Positions 10,679 to 26,087 of a stretch of DNA of 64,000 nt are shown here, in pieces (the stretch's first letter is position 1; each line of letters begins with the position of its first letter). The position numbers and the translations under genes are program-made. Origin of the DNA: the human T2T-CHM13v2.0 reference genome, Homo sapiens. Where the stretch lies: NCBI RefSeq assembly GCF_009914755.1, contig NC_060925.1. One strand, 5' to 3'. The notes under the pieces are model-generated. The model made no database searches. It had not been told where the DNA came from and saw only the letters and a program-made list of their open reading frames with translations.

Positions 10679-11550
10679 TGCTCCGCTGCCCTCCTACAGT
10701 CGGGCCCTTCTTTCTCCTACCCTCCCCCCTGCCGCACGCCTCTCGGCCCTCTCTTCCCCGGTCCCCTCCCCGGGCCGTTTTTCCCGGCCCGCCCGGTGCA
10801 TTGTGGGCTGACGTCTTGGGGTTTGACTGTCTAGTGACGGTGGCTGCCGCGAGCGGGCGGACGCTCGCAACCTCTGATGGAGGGGGGCTCAAGTTCACGG
10901 CTGCGGACGGGGATGCGGGGGATGCAGGGACCCGGGAGGCCAGGGAACCTGGCCAGTTGTTTTGGGCCAGGGGTGCGGGCGAGGGGTGGTTGTTGTTTCC
11001 CCACTTGTGGGGCCCGAAGTCATCCACCGGCGGCCGCCACCGCGCGGGGCTGGAGGCTGAGAATCCAAGTACGCTGCCACCCCCCCGCACTTCCGGGGGG
11101 GCGGGAATACCGCCCTTAAGGTGGCTCTGTGAAGTCCCAGGTGGGGGCGAGCCTAAGGGGACTTAAGTTTAGGGGCGGTCTCCCGAGAGTGGGCCCCCCA
11201 CGTTGAGAACACTCCGAAGTTTGCGTCTCGGTCAAGTTCAGGAGCGACGGTCCGCGGGGTCGTCTGGCTGCTCGTAGAAGCCGAGAGATTTGTATTGCCC
11301 GAAACTGGACGCTCAGCTGAGTCTCCGTTGCACCCCACTTCATCCTCCGGGACCGTGGGGGAAAGGGCGCGGGGGTTCACAGCTTTGCCTCGGAGGGGCA
11401 GTTTTTATAGTGGGCGCAATTGGTGGGTAACAGGGTCCAGATGGGAACAAGCGTGTAGGCGATCCGAAACTCGGGGAACCCCGGTGTTAGTCTACTCCCC
11501 CTCCCGCCCCCGGACAACACGCACACGCTTAACACAACACGCACAACATA

Positions 11551-11576
11551 ACGCGCGCGCGCGCGCACACACACAC
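11551..11576. repeat. (CG)7C(AC)5 alternating purine-pyrimidine tract
   Basis: acgcgcgcgcgcgcgcacacacacac. Confidence 0.9.
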
Positions 11577-11589
11577 TCCATCCGCGCCG

Positions 11590-11750
11590 AGTTGCTTCCG
11601 GGAAAACAAGCCCAGAAGGCGGCGGACACTCGCATAAAGTCACGCAGTAGTACTCGGAGCCCGGGGTAGAACCTGGACTTCAAATCTCTGCACTCCCGGC
11701 CGGGTGGTGGGCGCATATCCTGGGTAGCCTCTAGGAAGCGCTAGACACAT
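11590..11750 (+). ncRNA. JUN-DT: Probable first exon of the JUN divergent lncRNA (JUN-DT/LINC01135); the transcript probably extends through the rest of the window
   Basis: Recalled locus organisation, CpG-island edge, and strong donor CAT|GTAAGT at 11751. The start coordinate is approximate. Confidence 0.55.
11596..11604. promoter_or_regulatory. STAT GAS element TTCCGGGAA overlapping an ETS core
   Basis: Perfect TTCN3GAA match within the CpG island. Confidence 0.55.
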
Positions 11751-13227
11751 GTAAGTGGTTCCTTTTCCGCGGTTATTTTATTCTCCCCCCGCCCCCCACC
11801 CCTTAGGGACGAAAGTGTGTGGTGGAAAGAATCCCGAAGTCGGGAATCCTGGTTCTTTCGTGGCCAGGCTACCACAGTGTGAAGCAAGCAAATCACGGAA
11901 CTCCTCCGAGCTTCATTTCCCTCATCTGCAGGTGGGGCCGGTGCCGTCCACCTCACTGGGCTGCCAGGAGTTAGTGTGACAGGGTCGCCTGCAGCACTAG
12001 GGAGGTGGTGGCCAAACAGCCCGCTTCCCTCCCCTGCCTCGCAGTTTCCATCCTCGCAGAGCCTGGATAGGATGCCAGGATATAAGAGTGCGATTTGGCA
12101 GGACCAGGTGTACTTTCCTGTGAGAAGCATCGAGGGGAGGAGGGGAGGGGGAACCGGGTTAGAAGTCAGATCTTTCCCAAGCCTCTGTCTAAAACTGGGG
12201 CTTGAAGTTGGACCTGCAGCAGTTTAAGTTCCTAGGTTCTAAATTCAGACTTCGCTGCTTCTGAACTTGGAATTCAGCCTTGGGTTCATTGCCCCCAGCC
12301 CTAAGGTATTTGCGGCTTTGAGTGTTCAGAAACCAACAGCAGCTGGTATCAGTGGGAAACCTGCCAACTTTTCTTCACTCCGGGCACTCACCTAGCTTTC
12401 ACTGATCTGCAGAGGGTAACTGAAAGCCTACTGTGAGCCAGGCACTGAGCTGGGGAGGGGGTGGGGTAGGTAGGTATACAGTGATGACAAGATCCAGTTG
12501 CTTCCTCAAGGAGAGAACATTCTCCTCTGTCTGTTGCCCTGAATCATTTTCTGTTGTATTCAGGGAGTTGGTGTTCTAAATATTTTTTAATAACAGTAAT
12601 AAAAATCAGTTTCATGTATTAAACACTTATTATCTGCCAGGCATTCTCCTAAGCAATTTAAATACGCTGTTTTCTCCCCACAACTGTCTTGAGAGACATA
12701 TATTATTATCCAGATTTAACATGTGAGGAAATAGGCCCAGAGAGGTTAAGTATCTTTGTTGAGGTCACACAGGCAGCTGGAAATTGACCTCAGGTCTGTG
12801 TTACATTCCTTTGTATTTTCTCTACTGTGGCAAACTTTCTTGTGGAGTATTAGTTATCTGCAGAGGAAATAGCGCTTGTGGCATAGAAGAAATTTTCTTG
12901 CCTGATCCTCTGACTGTAACTCCGTTCAGAGCTCCTGTATTTAGAAATTTCAAGACTTAGGACTTTGCATAAATATATATCTTTTGCCTAAGGTTCTGTG
13001 TGTTCCTCTCTGCCTCATGTGGTTTAGTAGGCTGATCTTCTCCTTATGTTGAGAAATAGCATATTTCATCCAAAAAAATAACAAATCTGTTCATGTTAAC
13101 GCCCCTGCTTGGAAGCCTTCATTGGCTTTTCCTTACAATCAGGAGAGTTCCGATTCCTATGCCTTGGAGAAGGGGCTTTTCACAATCCAACTCCTTCTCT
13201 CTCCAGCCTTATCTCTCACTCCCAGTT

Positions 13228-15280
<2,053 letters not shown>

Positions 15281-15375
15281 ACCTCCATATACTCTAGGTT
15301 ATGCTGTGTTAGCCATCCAAAAATCTTACTGGGTTACAATCACAGAATTGTTTCTCACTCATATTGCATGTCCAC

Positions 15376-15731
15376 TCATATGGTTTGGTTGTGTCCCCAC
15401 TCAAATCTCACCTTGAATTGTAATAATCCTCACATGTCAAAGGTGGGGTCAGGTGGAGATAATTGAATCATGGGGTCAGTTTCCCCCATACTGTTCTCAT
15501 GGTAATGAATTAGTCTCATAAGATATTATGGTTTTATAAATGGGAGTTGCCCTGCACAAGCTTTCTTGCTTGCCACCATGTAAGATGTGCTTTTGCTTCT
15601 CCTTTGCCTTCTGCCATGATTTTGAGGCCTCCCAAGCCATGTGGAACTGTGAGTCCATTAAACCTCTTTCCTTTATAAATTTCCCAATCTCAGGTATGTC
15701 TTTATTAGCAGTGTGAGAACAGACTAATACA
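15376..15731 (+). mobile_element. THE1-type solo LTR, nested in an older MLT1 LTR (~15295-15945)
   Basis: atatggtttggttgtgtcccc...cagactaataca; TSD TCCAC at 15371-15375 and 15732-15736. Confidence 0.93.
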
Positions 15732-16554
15732 TCCACCATAAGTTGGCTGTGTCTCTGATTTACACACATGATCTTTGCTCAAAGACCTTGGTTAATGAAG
15801 CACGCTCTTTCTAAAACATTACTGTTATTGGCAGACAGAAAAAAGCATAGCCCTTAAAGCTTATACTGAGAGCAATTTATATGACCGAGCCTGATGTCAG
15901 TGAGGAGGGGCAGCAAGTATTTTTGAATAGTATTGCAGTCTACCACACCCTGCACTCCACATTCCCTCCATTCCTTTGAGTCGCTGCCACCCCAGACATT
16001 TTCCATCGCTCTGACAGTTTCCTGTCTTTGCATGTACGTTTATCCCTAATCAAAAGGCTACCTGGCAAACTCCTATTCACCCTTCAGGAGCCAGCTCAAA
16101 TAATCACTACCTCTGAAGCTTTCCCTCACCCCATCTCCTGCTTCACCTCGAATAGTTATTATCCTCTTTGGCTGTCACCATACTGGGTACATACCTGAAG
16201 TAGAGAATGTTTTTCACATGATCTTGTAAATGTCTTCTTAAATCCCTGACTCCAAATCCAGCAACTGTGTCTTATTCTTATTTTGTATCTCCAATGCTTA
16301 ATACAAAGCCTGGCATATGAAAGCATAGAAGGTGCTCAGTAAATGCTTGTTGATGGATTTTTTTTAAATAGCCTTTTCCATAGTGGAATGAAGGGGGTGT
16401 TTTAATGATTGAGTAGCAATAGTACCTTGTTTTAATACATAATATGTGGAAAATGTCAAATTCCCCTGCTGAAGCCTCCTTAAAGGCATCCTATTAGCTT
16501 AAAAGAGCTAGGACTTCTCATCTCACTTTTCTCCAGCCACACTGCCTTTGGCTG

Positions 16555-17010
16555 AATCAATCAGGATAGCCTAAGTTATGCTATGATTAAGAATATTTCC
16601 AAACCTCAGTGACTTAAGAAATAAAGTTTTTTTCTTGTTCCTATATGTTCATATGCTATAATTAAATCATTTTTTTCCCCCAAACCTCAGTGACTTAAGA
16701 AATACAGTTTTTTTTTTCCTTGCTCCTGCAATATGTCCAGCAAGGGTTGGCAAGCACTCTGATCACATCACCTTCCTCTAGGACCCAGGCTGATGGAACA
16801 CCCACTTTCAGGAACATTTCAGATCTCGTGGTAGAAGGAAAGGCAGCTTTGAAGGGTCTCATCACAGCAATTAAGTGTCTTTTCCTAAGAATGTCACATG
16901 TCACTTCTCACACATTCATTGACTAAAACTAGTCTCATGGCCCAGCCCAGCCAAGCCACAAGGGGACCAGGAAGCACAATCCTATGGTGACCAGTCCTAA
17001 TGACTCCCAC
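16555..17010 (-). mobile_element. Old MLT1-type LTR with an internal tandem duplication
   Basis: tcaggatagcctaagttatgct...ggacccaggctgatgga...cattcattgactaaaactagtc. Confidence 0.6.
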
Positions 17011-17383
17011 ACTAGCCTTCATTTGTTCCTCATATAAGACAAACTATTTGTTGTCTAAGAACCTCTTAACCCTTCCTTGTTTTTTGGCCAATTTCTATCT
17101 TTCTTTGGATGTTAGCTTAAATGACAAAGAGACTTTCTGTGATTTTTCCTAATGTGCCCTCTCTCCATGTAAATTAGATTTCTCCTTATACTCTCATAAG
17201 TCCCTATAACTTTTCTTTGAGAAGGATTATGAATAACACCCCTTTCTCACCTTCTGGAGTTAAGAACCAGCTGAGAGTTAGACACAGGAATCAGATGAGT
17301 GGGGATCAAAATATCAATGTGAAAGCTAATACAGACTGGTTTGGAGGGTATGGCAAACAGGAAGCCACAGTGGATTTTCTGAT

Positions 17384-17819
17384 TGTCTTAGTCTCTTTTG
17401 TGTTGCTATAAAGGAATTCCTGAGGCTGGGTAATTTATAAAGAAAAAAAAAGGTGTATTTGGCTCATAATTCTGCTGCTTGGAAAGTTCATGATTGGGCA
17501 TCTGCATCTGGTAAGGGCCTCAGGCTGTTTCTACTCATGAGAGAAGGTGAAGGGGTTCTGGGTGTGTAGAGATTACATGGGCAAAAGGGAAGCAAGAGAG
17601 AAAAGGGGGAGGTGCAAAGCTCTTTTTAATATCCAGCTCTCCTGAGAACTAATAGAGCTAGAAGAACTCACTCCCTGCCTCACCCCAGGGAGGGCATTAC
17701 TCTATTCATGAAGGATCTGCTCCCATGGCCCAAACACCTCCCATTTGGCCCCACCTCCAACAGGTGGGAATCACATTTCAACATGATGTTTGGAGGAGAC
17801 AAACATTCAACCCATAGCA
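17384..17819 (-). mobile_element. MST-type solo LTR
   Basis: tgtcttagtc...gctataaaggaattcctgaggctggg...aacccatagca; TSD CTGAT at 17379-17383 and 17820-17824. Confidence 0.92.
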
Positions 17820-19339
17820 CTGATGTTTCACCCATGCATTAAACTTACCTACTGGTTCCTGGCTATGATGGACAGTTGCAGACCTTCTCCAGAGGTACAG
17901 TGAGTGTATACATCCTTTGGATGAATTGACTCTGAAAAGTGAGAGCCGGTTTCTGAGTGGGGCATGCATGGGTCTTTCTTGTGAACTCAGAAATCAGATA
18001 ACTCAAATTACTTTTCTTCCCATGGGGACTATATATAAAGGATGGAGAGAAAGGATAAGAGGGTTATTTTAGCAGATGTCCCATCATGGAAAACTGAGGC
18101 AAGGGAAATGGTGATTTTCTCTTAACAATAGAATGTTTTAAAAAGTATTATTCTATATTTCTTTATGTAATTATGTATTTTTTTAAACTGTCTTATTAAA
18201 GTCCATTTCACACACTAGATGCCAAGTGTCAAGAATATAGAAAAACTGTATCTCTTGGTCTCCACTGTATCCATAGCATCTAGCATGCTTAGCACAGAGA
18301 ATATACCCAATACATCTTTTTTATACATCGGAGCCCTTGTGGAAGTCCTTTTGGATTTTCTTCAAGGTTTTTGTCAAGGAGGAATGTGTAACTGTTGCGT
18401 ACATTATCACACTTATGGTGATGCCTTTTCTCTACTCAGAACTTCTACAAAACCTATAGGATCATAAAGTGGCAAGAGTCCTTAGTGGTCACCTTCCAAG
18501 TCCTGCCTTTTTTCCAATGCAGAAATTCCTTTGCTAGCATCTTCACTACTTAAATACTTCTAGTCACAAAGTAAGGACACAATGCCCAAAGCCAAGAGTA
18601 GTAATTCTACTAAATGCTACTGGTTGGACACCATTGGGTCCCATCTTTGGGAATATTGTGGGCCTGAAATTTGGAAAGCAATTTGGCCAACCACAGATAT
18701 CTGTGGGAAGGACAGCCAAATGGTGAGAGGCCTGAAACCTTGTCTTGTGGAGAAGAATTGAATGAACTGGGATTATTTGCCTGGGAGAAGTGTGGGTTGG
18801 AGAAGGCAGGGGGAAGACCAATAGAGCACCCATAGGAGTCTCTGTAGGTTTTGAGGTCAGAGCTAGGCTAATGGTTAGAAGTTAGAGAAGAAAACTTTCC
18901 TGTATTTAAGAAGGAACTTTCTGAAGTTAAAATTATTTATCAATAGGATAGTTGCCTTAAAAGTAGAATTGTAGTTTCCCTGCTCAACATGTATTTATTA
19001 TCTACTATGTGCCAGAAACGATGCCATAAATTATCATTTATGATAATTCCTTGTCAGCTCATTGTACTTATAGTAATCATCATTCTTATTTTCAATGTTC
19101 ATAAAAGCCATCTTAAAGAATCTCATTTAGAATTCTGGAGTGGTAATTAACATCACTGTTTCTCATTTCTGGAATTGACCTTTTTTTACCTTCAAAATTC
19201 CTAAACCTGGAATGATACATTCTCATGTCCACTATTAGATGGATATTTTTCTGTCAAAAAATGGGTGTTTTCAGTATCCATAAATCAAAATTACCTGGTC
19301 TTGGGATCACTTGAGAAGATTAGGTACTCCCTTATCAGC

Positions 19340-19705
19340 TGTGGCGAAGAACTACAAAGTTTTCACCAAACCTCTTTTCTTTTCCTCTTGTATGTACAGA
19401 TAGACTACATTTCCTGGCCTCCTTTCTAAATACCTGTGGCTGAGTTTTAGTCAATGCAGTGAATGTGCTGTGTATCACTTACAGGCTTGGCTCATAAAAC
19501 CGTCTCTCCCCATCTCCTCGTCTCTGTGTCTCCAAGGTCGTAGAGAAGGGCAGGTCCACAGATAGAAGTAGTCCAGATCTCTGAATAACCATGTGAAAGG
19601 TTTCTTATCGACCAGAAATATTCTCAATAGGATTTTGATGGAATGAGGAATTAACTTTATTGCGCTGAGCCACTGAAATGTTGGAGCATATGTGTTAAAG
19701 CTGCT
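19340..19705 (+). mobile_element. MLT1J-like LTR
   Basis: gactacatttcctggcctcc...gagccactgaaatgttgga...tgttaaagctgc. Confidence 0.55.
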
Positions 19706-21244
19706 GTTTTATTTCAGTTAGTGCTGCAGGATACCCTCAATGAAGAAACAAATGTGGAACTGAACTTAGGGATTTTGTTCTGCTCTTTCTAGTTTGAAGA
19801 AAAGTAGTGGAGGAGGCAGAAGAAAAGAATATAGCATTTAATTGTGCTGAGGTTCCTTTTACAATGCTTTCTTCCCATCTAATTTATAAACTTCATGAAG
19901 CATGTTACCATGTCTTACATACTCTTCCATATTTAATCTTTCAGTGGGTATTTATTGAGAACTGTAAGGTGCTTTGGGGATTTCAGAAGAAAAATAGATA
20001 GCATATATTGTTAACTATTTTACTCATTTATTCAAAAAATTTTGAGCATTTACTATGGGACAGCCTTTGGTAATCCCTGGTGAACAAAAGCTATAGTACC
20101 TGCCCACAAGTTGGGGTCTAGCAAGGAAAGTAGAATAAAGAGGCAAGACTAGTCCAGTATGGCAATGCTATGAAAAACAAGGAACAGGATGCTCTAGGTT
20201 CCCTGGGGAAATCTGACAAGGGTCAGGGTCAGATAATTGTCCTCTAGGAACTGAGCCCTCCAAGATGAGTAGGAGTAGCCAGAAAAAGAGGAGATAGTGG
20301 AGAGAGAAAGAATATTCTGGGAAGAGGGAGTGCATATACAAAGGCCTGGATATTATTGAATATGGGGCATGTTTGGAGGGACAAAAAGGTAAACTGGGAA
20401 GAAGAATGGAGAGAATGAGCCTGAGAGGAAGGTCTTGTAATATATGTATGCATGTACTTAATAAATGCATTCAGAAGGCTTTGTGTGATGTACAAGTATA
20501 ATATGTAATATGGGTATGCATTTACCTAGAAGGAAATATGGCTGATTAACCATTAGGATGTCAATGGTTGTGATTTTTGGGTAATTTCCACTTTCTTTCT
20601 TATGTTCTCTGTTTGTTTTAAAATTCTCTACAACGAACATGTATTCCACATGTAATTTAAAAAAATCAGAATACATGTTTCTTTTTCTTATTAGTCGTGA
20701 CTGCACCTGCTGTCCCTCATTGGATCCTCACAGCAGTCTTCTTTGCAAACTGAGGTTCAGAGCTGATACATGGCGAAGCTGGAATTAGACTTCCTAATGT
20801 CCCATTTATTCTAATTTCCTCTCCATTTTGCCTGCCTTCCCTGCAGTTTTCTAAGTAGCAATGATGGTTTTTCTTGGAACTACTGCCTTTTAGCACAGTG
20901 TTGCCTGTTTGTGTGTATGTAGTTTGCAACATGAAGAAACTGGGTCAAAGTTCTTATAATACTGACCTACCTAGGAGGCTTCCCACACACAAAGGATGGT
21001 CCTCAACCTACTGGGTTAGGTAGACTTATCTTTTCTGTGATATTATCATATCCTTCGCCAGTTATTTGGAACTTGAGGAGGAGGCTATTGATAGTTTTTA
21101 AAAATACAGTTAGGGAGGTGATTATTCCTGATTATTTTATCAACTCACATCTTTATTGACTAGCATGTTGGTGCTTGACCAAACCAGTGATGATGAATAT
21201 TTGTAATGAATGACAAAACACTTGAAAGTCTGGAAACATTGTGT

Positions 21245-21580
21245 TAGCATTCTCTAAATCATGTTGTGGCAACAAACAACCCCCAGCATCTCAGAGGCTT
21301 AAAACAACATGAGTTTATTTCATATGCATGTTACATTTCCTTCCTGATTTACACCTTAGGTCTTTACTTCGAGACCCAGGCTGAAGGAGCAGCCTCTGTT
21401 TGAGATATTGCTGGTGTATGTTACAGACGAGGGTGAGAGCTGTCACCATGGGGTGGCTCTTAAGGCTTTACCTATGGGCATTTCCACTCCACTCACCTTT
21501 CATTGGCCAAATTGTGTCACAGTGTCACAAAACCAAGCCTGAGACAGGGGAAGAAGAGAAGACTTGATAGGGAGGGGTAG
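21245..21580 (-). mobile_element. MLT1K/L-like LTR
   Basis: aacaaacaacccccagcatctcagaggcttaaaacaac...gacccaggctgaagg...cattggccaa. Confidence 0.6.
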
Positions 21581-22084
21581 CAACAATTTTGCAAACACTT
21601 TCAGTTCTCTGAGTCTCAGTTTCTTTACCTGTAAAGTGGAAATAAGACAATTATGGAATAGTCAAACCATGGAATATCCTGTAGCCATTTTAAAAGGAGC
21701 TAATTAACCTTATAAAGATGAGTTGACCTAGAGGAATGCCCATGATGTAGCAATAAGTGAAGAAAGGAAAGTTTCAGAGTAATGTGCATAGCATGGTCTC
21801 ATTTCTGCACAAATTGAAACACCTATATCTGAGTATGTCTGTTTATGTGAGAATACCAATAAAAATAGCTAATGTTTAATGAGTGCTTTCTTCATATGCC
21901 CAGCACTATGCTAAGTGTTTTTTTTTAAACATGCATTTGCTCCTTTAATCCTTGAAAAAAAAAACAGCAGAAAGTTATATACCAAATGGTTATCATTAGT
22001 AGCCTTAGTCAGGGGTGGGATTAGAGAGAAGATTTTATTCTCTTTAAAAATTAGATTTCTGTAAATTTTTACTTGTCACAATAG

Positions 22085-22620
22085 GTAGGTTAATTAGCTC
22101 TTCTTGTGAAACAAACCATCGCAAAATCTGAGTGCTACGCAATGTTAATCAGTTGATTTCCTGCTCTTTGGTCTGCAGGTCAGTTGAGGTGGCTTCACCT
22201 TCCTAAGACCTAATTTGGTGTTCTGTCCTCCCCATTACAGCTGCCACCCTTACAGTTTTCTAAGTAGTGATGATGGCTTTTCCTGCAACTGCTGACTTTA
22301 ATGCATTGTTGCATGTGTGCGTAGTTTACAACCTGGAGAAATGGGGCTGAGGGTCACATTCAAATGTGCTCCATGTGTCTCATTCTAGAACTCATCCTAG
22401 AGAGGTCGAATCTACCAGGGGCATATTCTTCTCAGGGGAGACACTGGGGTAAATGGAAGCATGTGAAACTTTTTAAGGCCAGGCTTGGAACTGTTATGAT
22501 ATCATTTCTGTCCACGTTCTATTGACTGAAGCAAGTATCACAGCTAAGTTCAGTATCAGTAGAGCTGGGAAGTCATAGAGGTTGCAGAAGGAGGGAGTGA
22601 ATATTGTAATCTATCATAAT
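22085..22620 (-). mobile_element. MLT1J-like LTR interrupted by ~150 bp of non-LTR sequence
   Basis: acaaaccatcgcaaaatct...gctccatgtgtctcattct...ctattgactgaagcaagt. Confidence 0.55.
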
Positions 22621-24587
22621 AAGCATAAATTAATTTCTTAGTTAAGAAACAGAAACAAAAATGAAACAAAGAAAAAACTAGTAAAGTGAAGAAAAGAGAA
22701 CACTTATTAGTGATAGTTTAAATTGTGTTTGATATATTGCAGTTACATAATGCATTTCTTAAAAATACAAAGTCCTTATCTACAGTTATAATGAGCACAG
22801 TGGTATTAACGTGGACATTTAATTAACCAGAATACTCACTATCTAGTAGGACAGGTACGAATTTACAACAGCTTGGCTTATGCTATCTGTGGTGTGACAT
22901 TCTAAGCATAATCCAGAGACTGTTTAATGGCAATGTGTCTATGTTACTGCTATTTGTATGGCCATCTGCAACCCAAGGAACTGAAATCATGAAATCAGAT
23001 TTTTAGACCTGGAAGGGCTCTAGTGCCCATGTAGGCATGTGCTTCCTAAGTTACAGGAATAACTGCTTTTGCCAGTTATAGTTATTCTCTCTATTGGGTG
23101 TGTCTCACATTACTGGAAAATGGTTATGGAAATCAAAACTCTGTCATTTAAATAATGAAGACACTGAGCACCCCAGCCATAACTTACTTGAGTGATGTAG
23201 TAAGTTAACATCCAAAGATAAGATGGAAACCCAGGTGTCTTGAGTAGTCCCAGGGTCTTTTACTTTGTTTCTCTGCACAACACAAACATCAAGCATGTGG
23301 ATCATTTGGGAATATTCACTAGGCTCTGAAAACTTCCACTACTCTCTTAAAAATTGTATGGATTCTTCTACTGCTTCCTTTATTCTAAGAGAACCCAAGC
23401 ACTTCTTACAGCAACTACCACAGAAACACCAAATGACACAGAATATTGAAATAAAGGGTAGCATGTTAAATTTCTTACAATACTGCCCATGGAATCGGAT
23501 TTGTTTTCATTTCCTTTTTACTCTAAATAATTTAGAAAATATCTGCCAATACACCTTATGGGAACCAATCACATATACAAAAATGTTTTATTAAGGAATT
23601 TGTTAGGATTAAGATTTGTGCTTCTCAAGTTTCAGTCACTTACTAATCATTGTTTCCATTTTGCTATATCCACTTACATGTCTAAAATCAATTTAATACT
23701 TTTCTTTAAATGGACTCACTTTTTTAAAACTCAAAGACAAATTTTATAGGAGATGATGAGTACTATTGTAAATGGATAACAAGCATCAATTGCCATAAAC
23801 ATTTAGACAACTATAAATATAATTACAAAAGTATAAAATAAATGTGTCTATCTACCACTGAAAGTCATCTCTTATTCTATAAGTAACAGGCCTTTTTCAC
23901 TGATACAGTGAAAAGTATGGATGGACTTTGCAATCAGGAAGACTTGGGTTTGAATCTGAACTCATTCCCTTCCCGCTATTGTAATCTTTGGTAATTTCCT
24001 TAAACGTCTCACCACCAGTTTCTCATCTGTAAAATGGAATAACAAAAGCTATCTCCTAGTGTGTGTGTGTGTGTATGTGTTTACAAAGCACCCAGGGTTA
24101 TTCCTAGCTCATAGTAGGAGCTCAAAAAAATTTGGTTACCTTTTTGCTTTCCTCAATATTTCTTTCTTTATTTTTCAAAATGACATTCATGAACGATATT
24201 GTTAGCTAGAGGAATGCTATGGGGACAGTGTTAATTTTTCCCAGAATTACTTACTGTTTGATTGCCTACCATGTGCTAGGAACTGTGCTAAGTGCCATGG
24301 GTAAAATGAAGACTGAATAAATAGACTTGGAGTTGAAGACTTGGATTCAAGTCCTAATTCATCTCCATTGAATAAGTCATTTAATATTTCAGAGCCTCAG
24401 TTTTCTCATCTGAAAAGTGAATGTGGTGATTGACATTTACTTCAAAGAACTTATGTAAGGAATGCCATGATAGCTTATGGGAGAGTCTTTGGTGAACTGA
24501 TAGAAGCATTTCTGTTGTAACATTATATACAGGTTCCTGAAATAGTTTGTGTTCTACAGAATTGTACATTAAAAATAACAGGACTTT

Positions 24588-24920
24588 ATGCAGCCATAAA
24601 AAATGATGAGTTCATGTCCTTTGTAGGGACATGGGTGAAGCTGGAAACCATCATTCTCAGCAAACTATCGCAAGGACAAAAAACCAAACACTGCATGTTC
24701 TCACTCATAGGTGGGAATTGAACAATGAGAAGACATGGACACAGGAAGGGGATCATCACACACCAGGGACTGTTGTGGGGTAGGGGGAGAGGGGAGGGAT
24801 GGCATCAGGAGATATACCTAATGCTAAATGATGAGTTAATGGGTGCAGCACACCAACATGGCACATGTATACATATGTAACAAACCTGCACGTTGTGCAC
24901 ATGTACCCTAAAACTTAAAG

Positions 24921-24964
<44 letters not shown>

Positions 24965-24969
24965 ACGTA
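24588..24969 (+). mobile_element. 5'-truncated L1PA (L1PA4-like) 3' end with (TAA)13 tail
   Basis: L1 ORF2 end/3'UTR sequence; TSD aaaaa(t/a)aacaggacttt at 24571-24587 and 24970-24986. Confidence 0.95.
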
Positions 24970-26087
24970 AAAAAAAACAGGACTTTTGCAAAAATAGGGT
25001 TGGGTAGACCACAAAAACCTGTACAATATTATGACCACAATGCTAAGATTAGGATATTTATCCTAATAAAAATAATAGAGCTAAGAAGACCTGTTAAACT
25101 TTGAATAACTAAATAGATACACAAATGCATATATGCTATAGCAAATTTAGGACTGTACTTTAAAACTAGTGAAGGTTGCTTGATGGAAGGCTTAAGGAAG
25201 GGATGAGGCTGCTTAGTTGTGTAGGCAAGGGCAAATGTTCAAAGATCGGAAAGCACCATGCTAAAAGCTCTTCCAAGAAGGAGCATGTAGACAAACAGCC
25301 CAGCATGATGGGGCTGGAGTGGGTAAAGGCATCATGTCCAGTATTCCCACTATCCATCTCTCTGTGGCAAATGTATTCAACCATGCTAGTGTACCTTCTC
25401 CTCAGCTGCTGCTCCTTGGTGCAACAAATCTTTGACATCCTGGGAAAAATCAAGCAGCTTGCATGTTATTGTGCTATCATTCCTCTAGTTATCAGTCTTG
25501 CCTTGTTTTATAGTAACATGTGTTACAGGGTCATGTGTATAGCAGAGCAGTCCACAGATGCAGATGAGGGGTTGTAGCTCTCAATGAATCGCAGGCTTCA
25601 TGAGCAGAATAAGCAATGACTCTCAGAGATATAACAGAATTCAATGAGAGACATGAGTCTCTCCCTCTGTCCCTCCCTCCCTTTCCAGCCTGACCAGGCT
25701 ACTATCCACTCCCCTCCTTGGTTTCAGGTTTCCTTTTCTTAACTAGCTTGTGAGCTTCTTGAGAGAGGGCTCTGTCATATTCCTCTATGTGCTCTGAGGG
25801 CCCAGCACAGAGGCCCCAGAGCAGAATGTTTGCATTACAGTTGAACTTCCTTTTGTAAGTTGAGAAAAATCCAGGACCCACTGAAGAAGTTCCAGACTTC
25901 ATTGAGGGCATCAGATCCACTGGACCACCATGAGGCCAGGATGGAGACACTACTGGGACAGGGACAGTGTTTCATTCAGTACTATCTCCTGCATCTCTGT
26001 TGGTCCCACGTGACACGGGAACTGCTCAGTGGGTCCCAACCCTACTTTATCCAGGAGAGGGACATGATGGGGCTCACAGAACAGCCT

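Larger units (their letters stand above)
8230..12000. promoter_or_regulatory. CpG island covering the JUN body, promoter and divergent promoter
   Basis: Very high GC and CpG density; no interspersed repeats seen. Confidence 0.95.

Noticed and set aside
9723-12227. Many overlapping 60-200 aa ORFs in the CpG island
   Set aside because: Expected in GC-rich DNA: mostly non-ATG starts, R/P/G/A-rich, no recognisable domains
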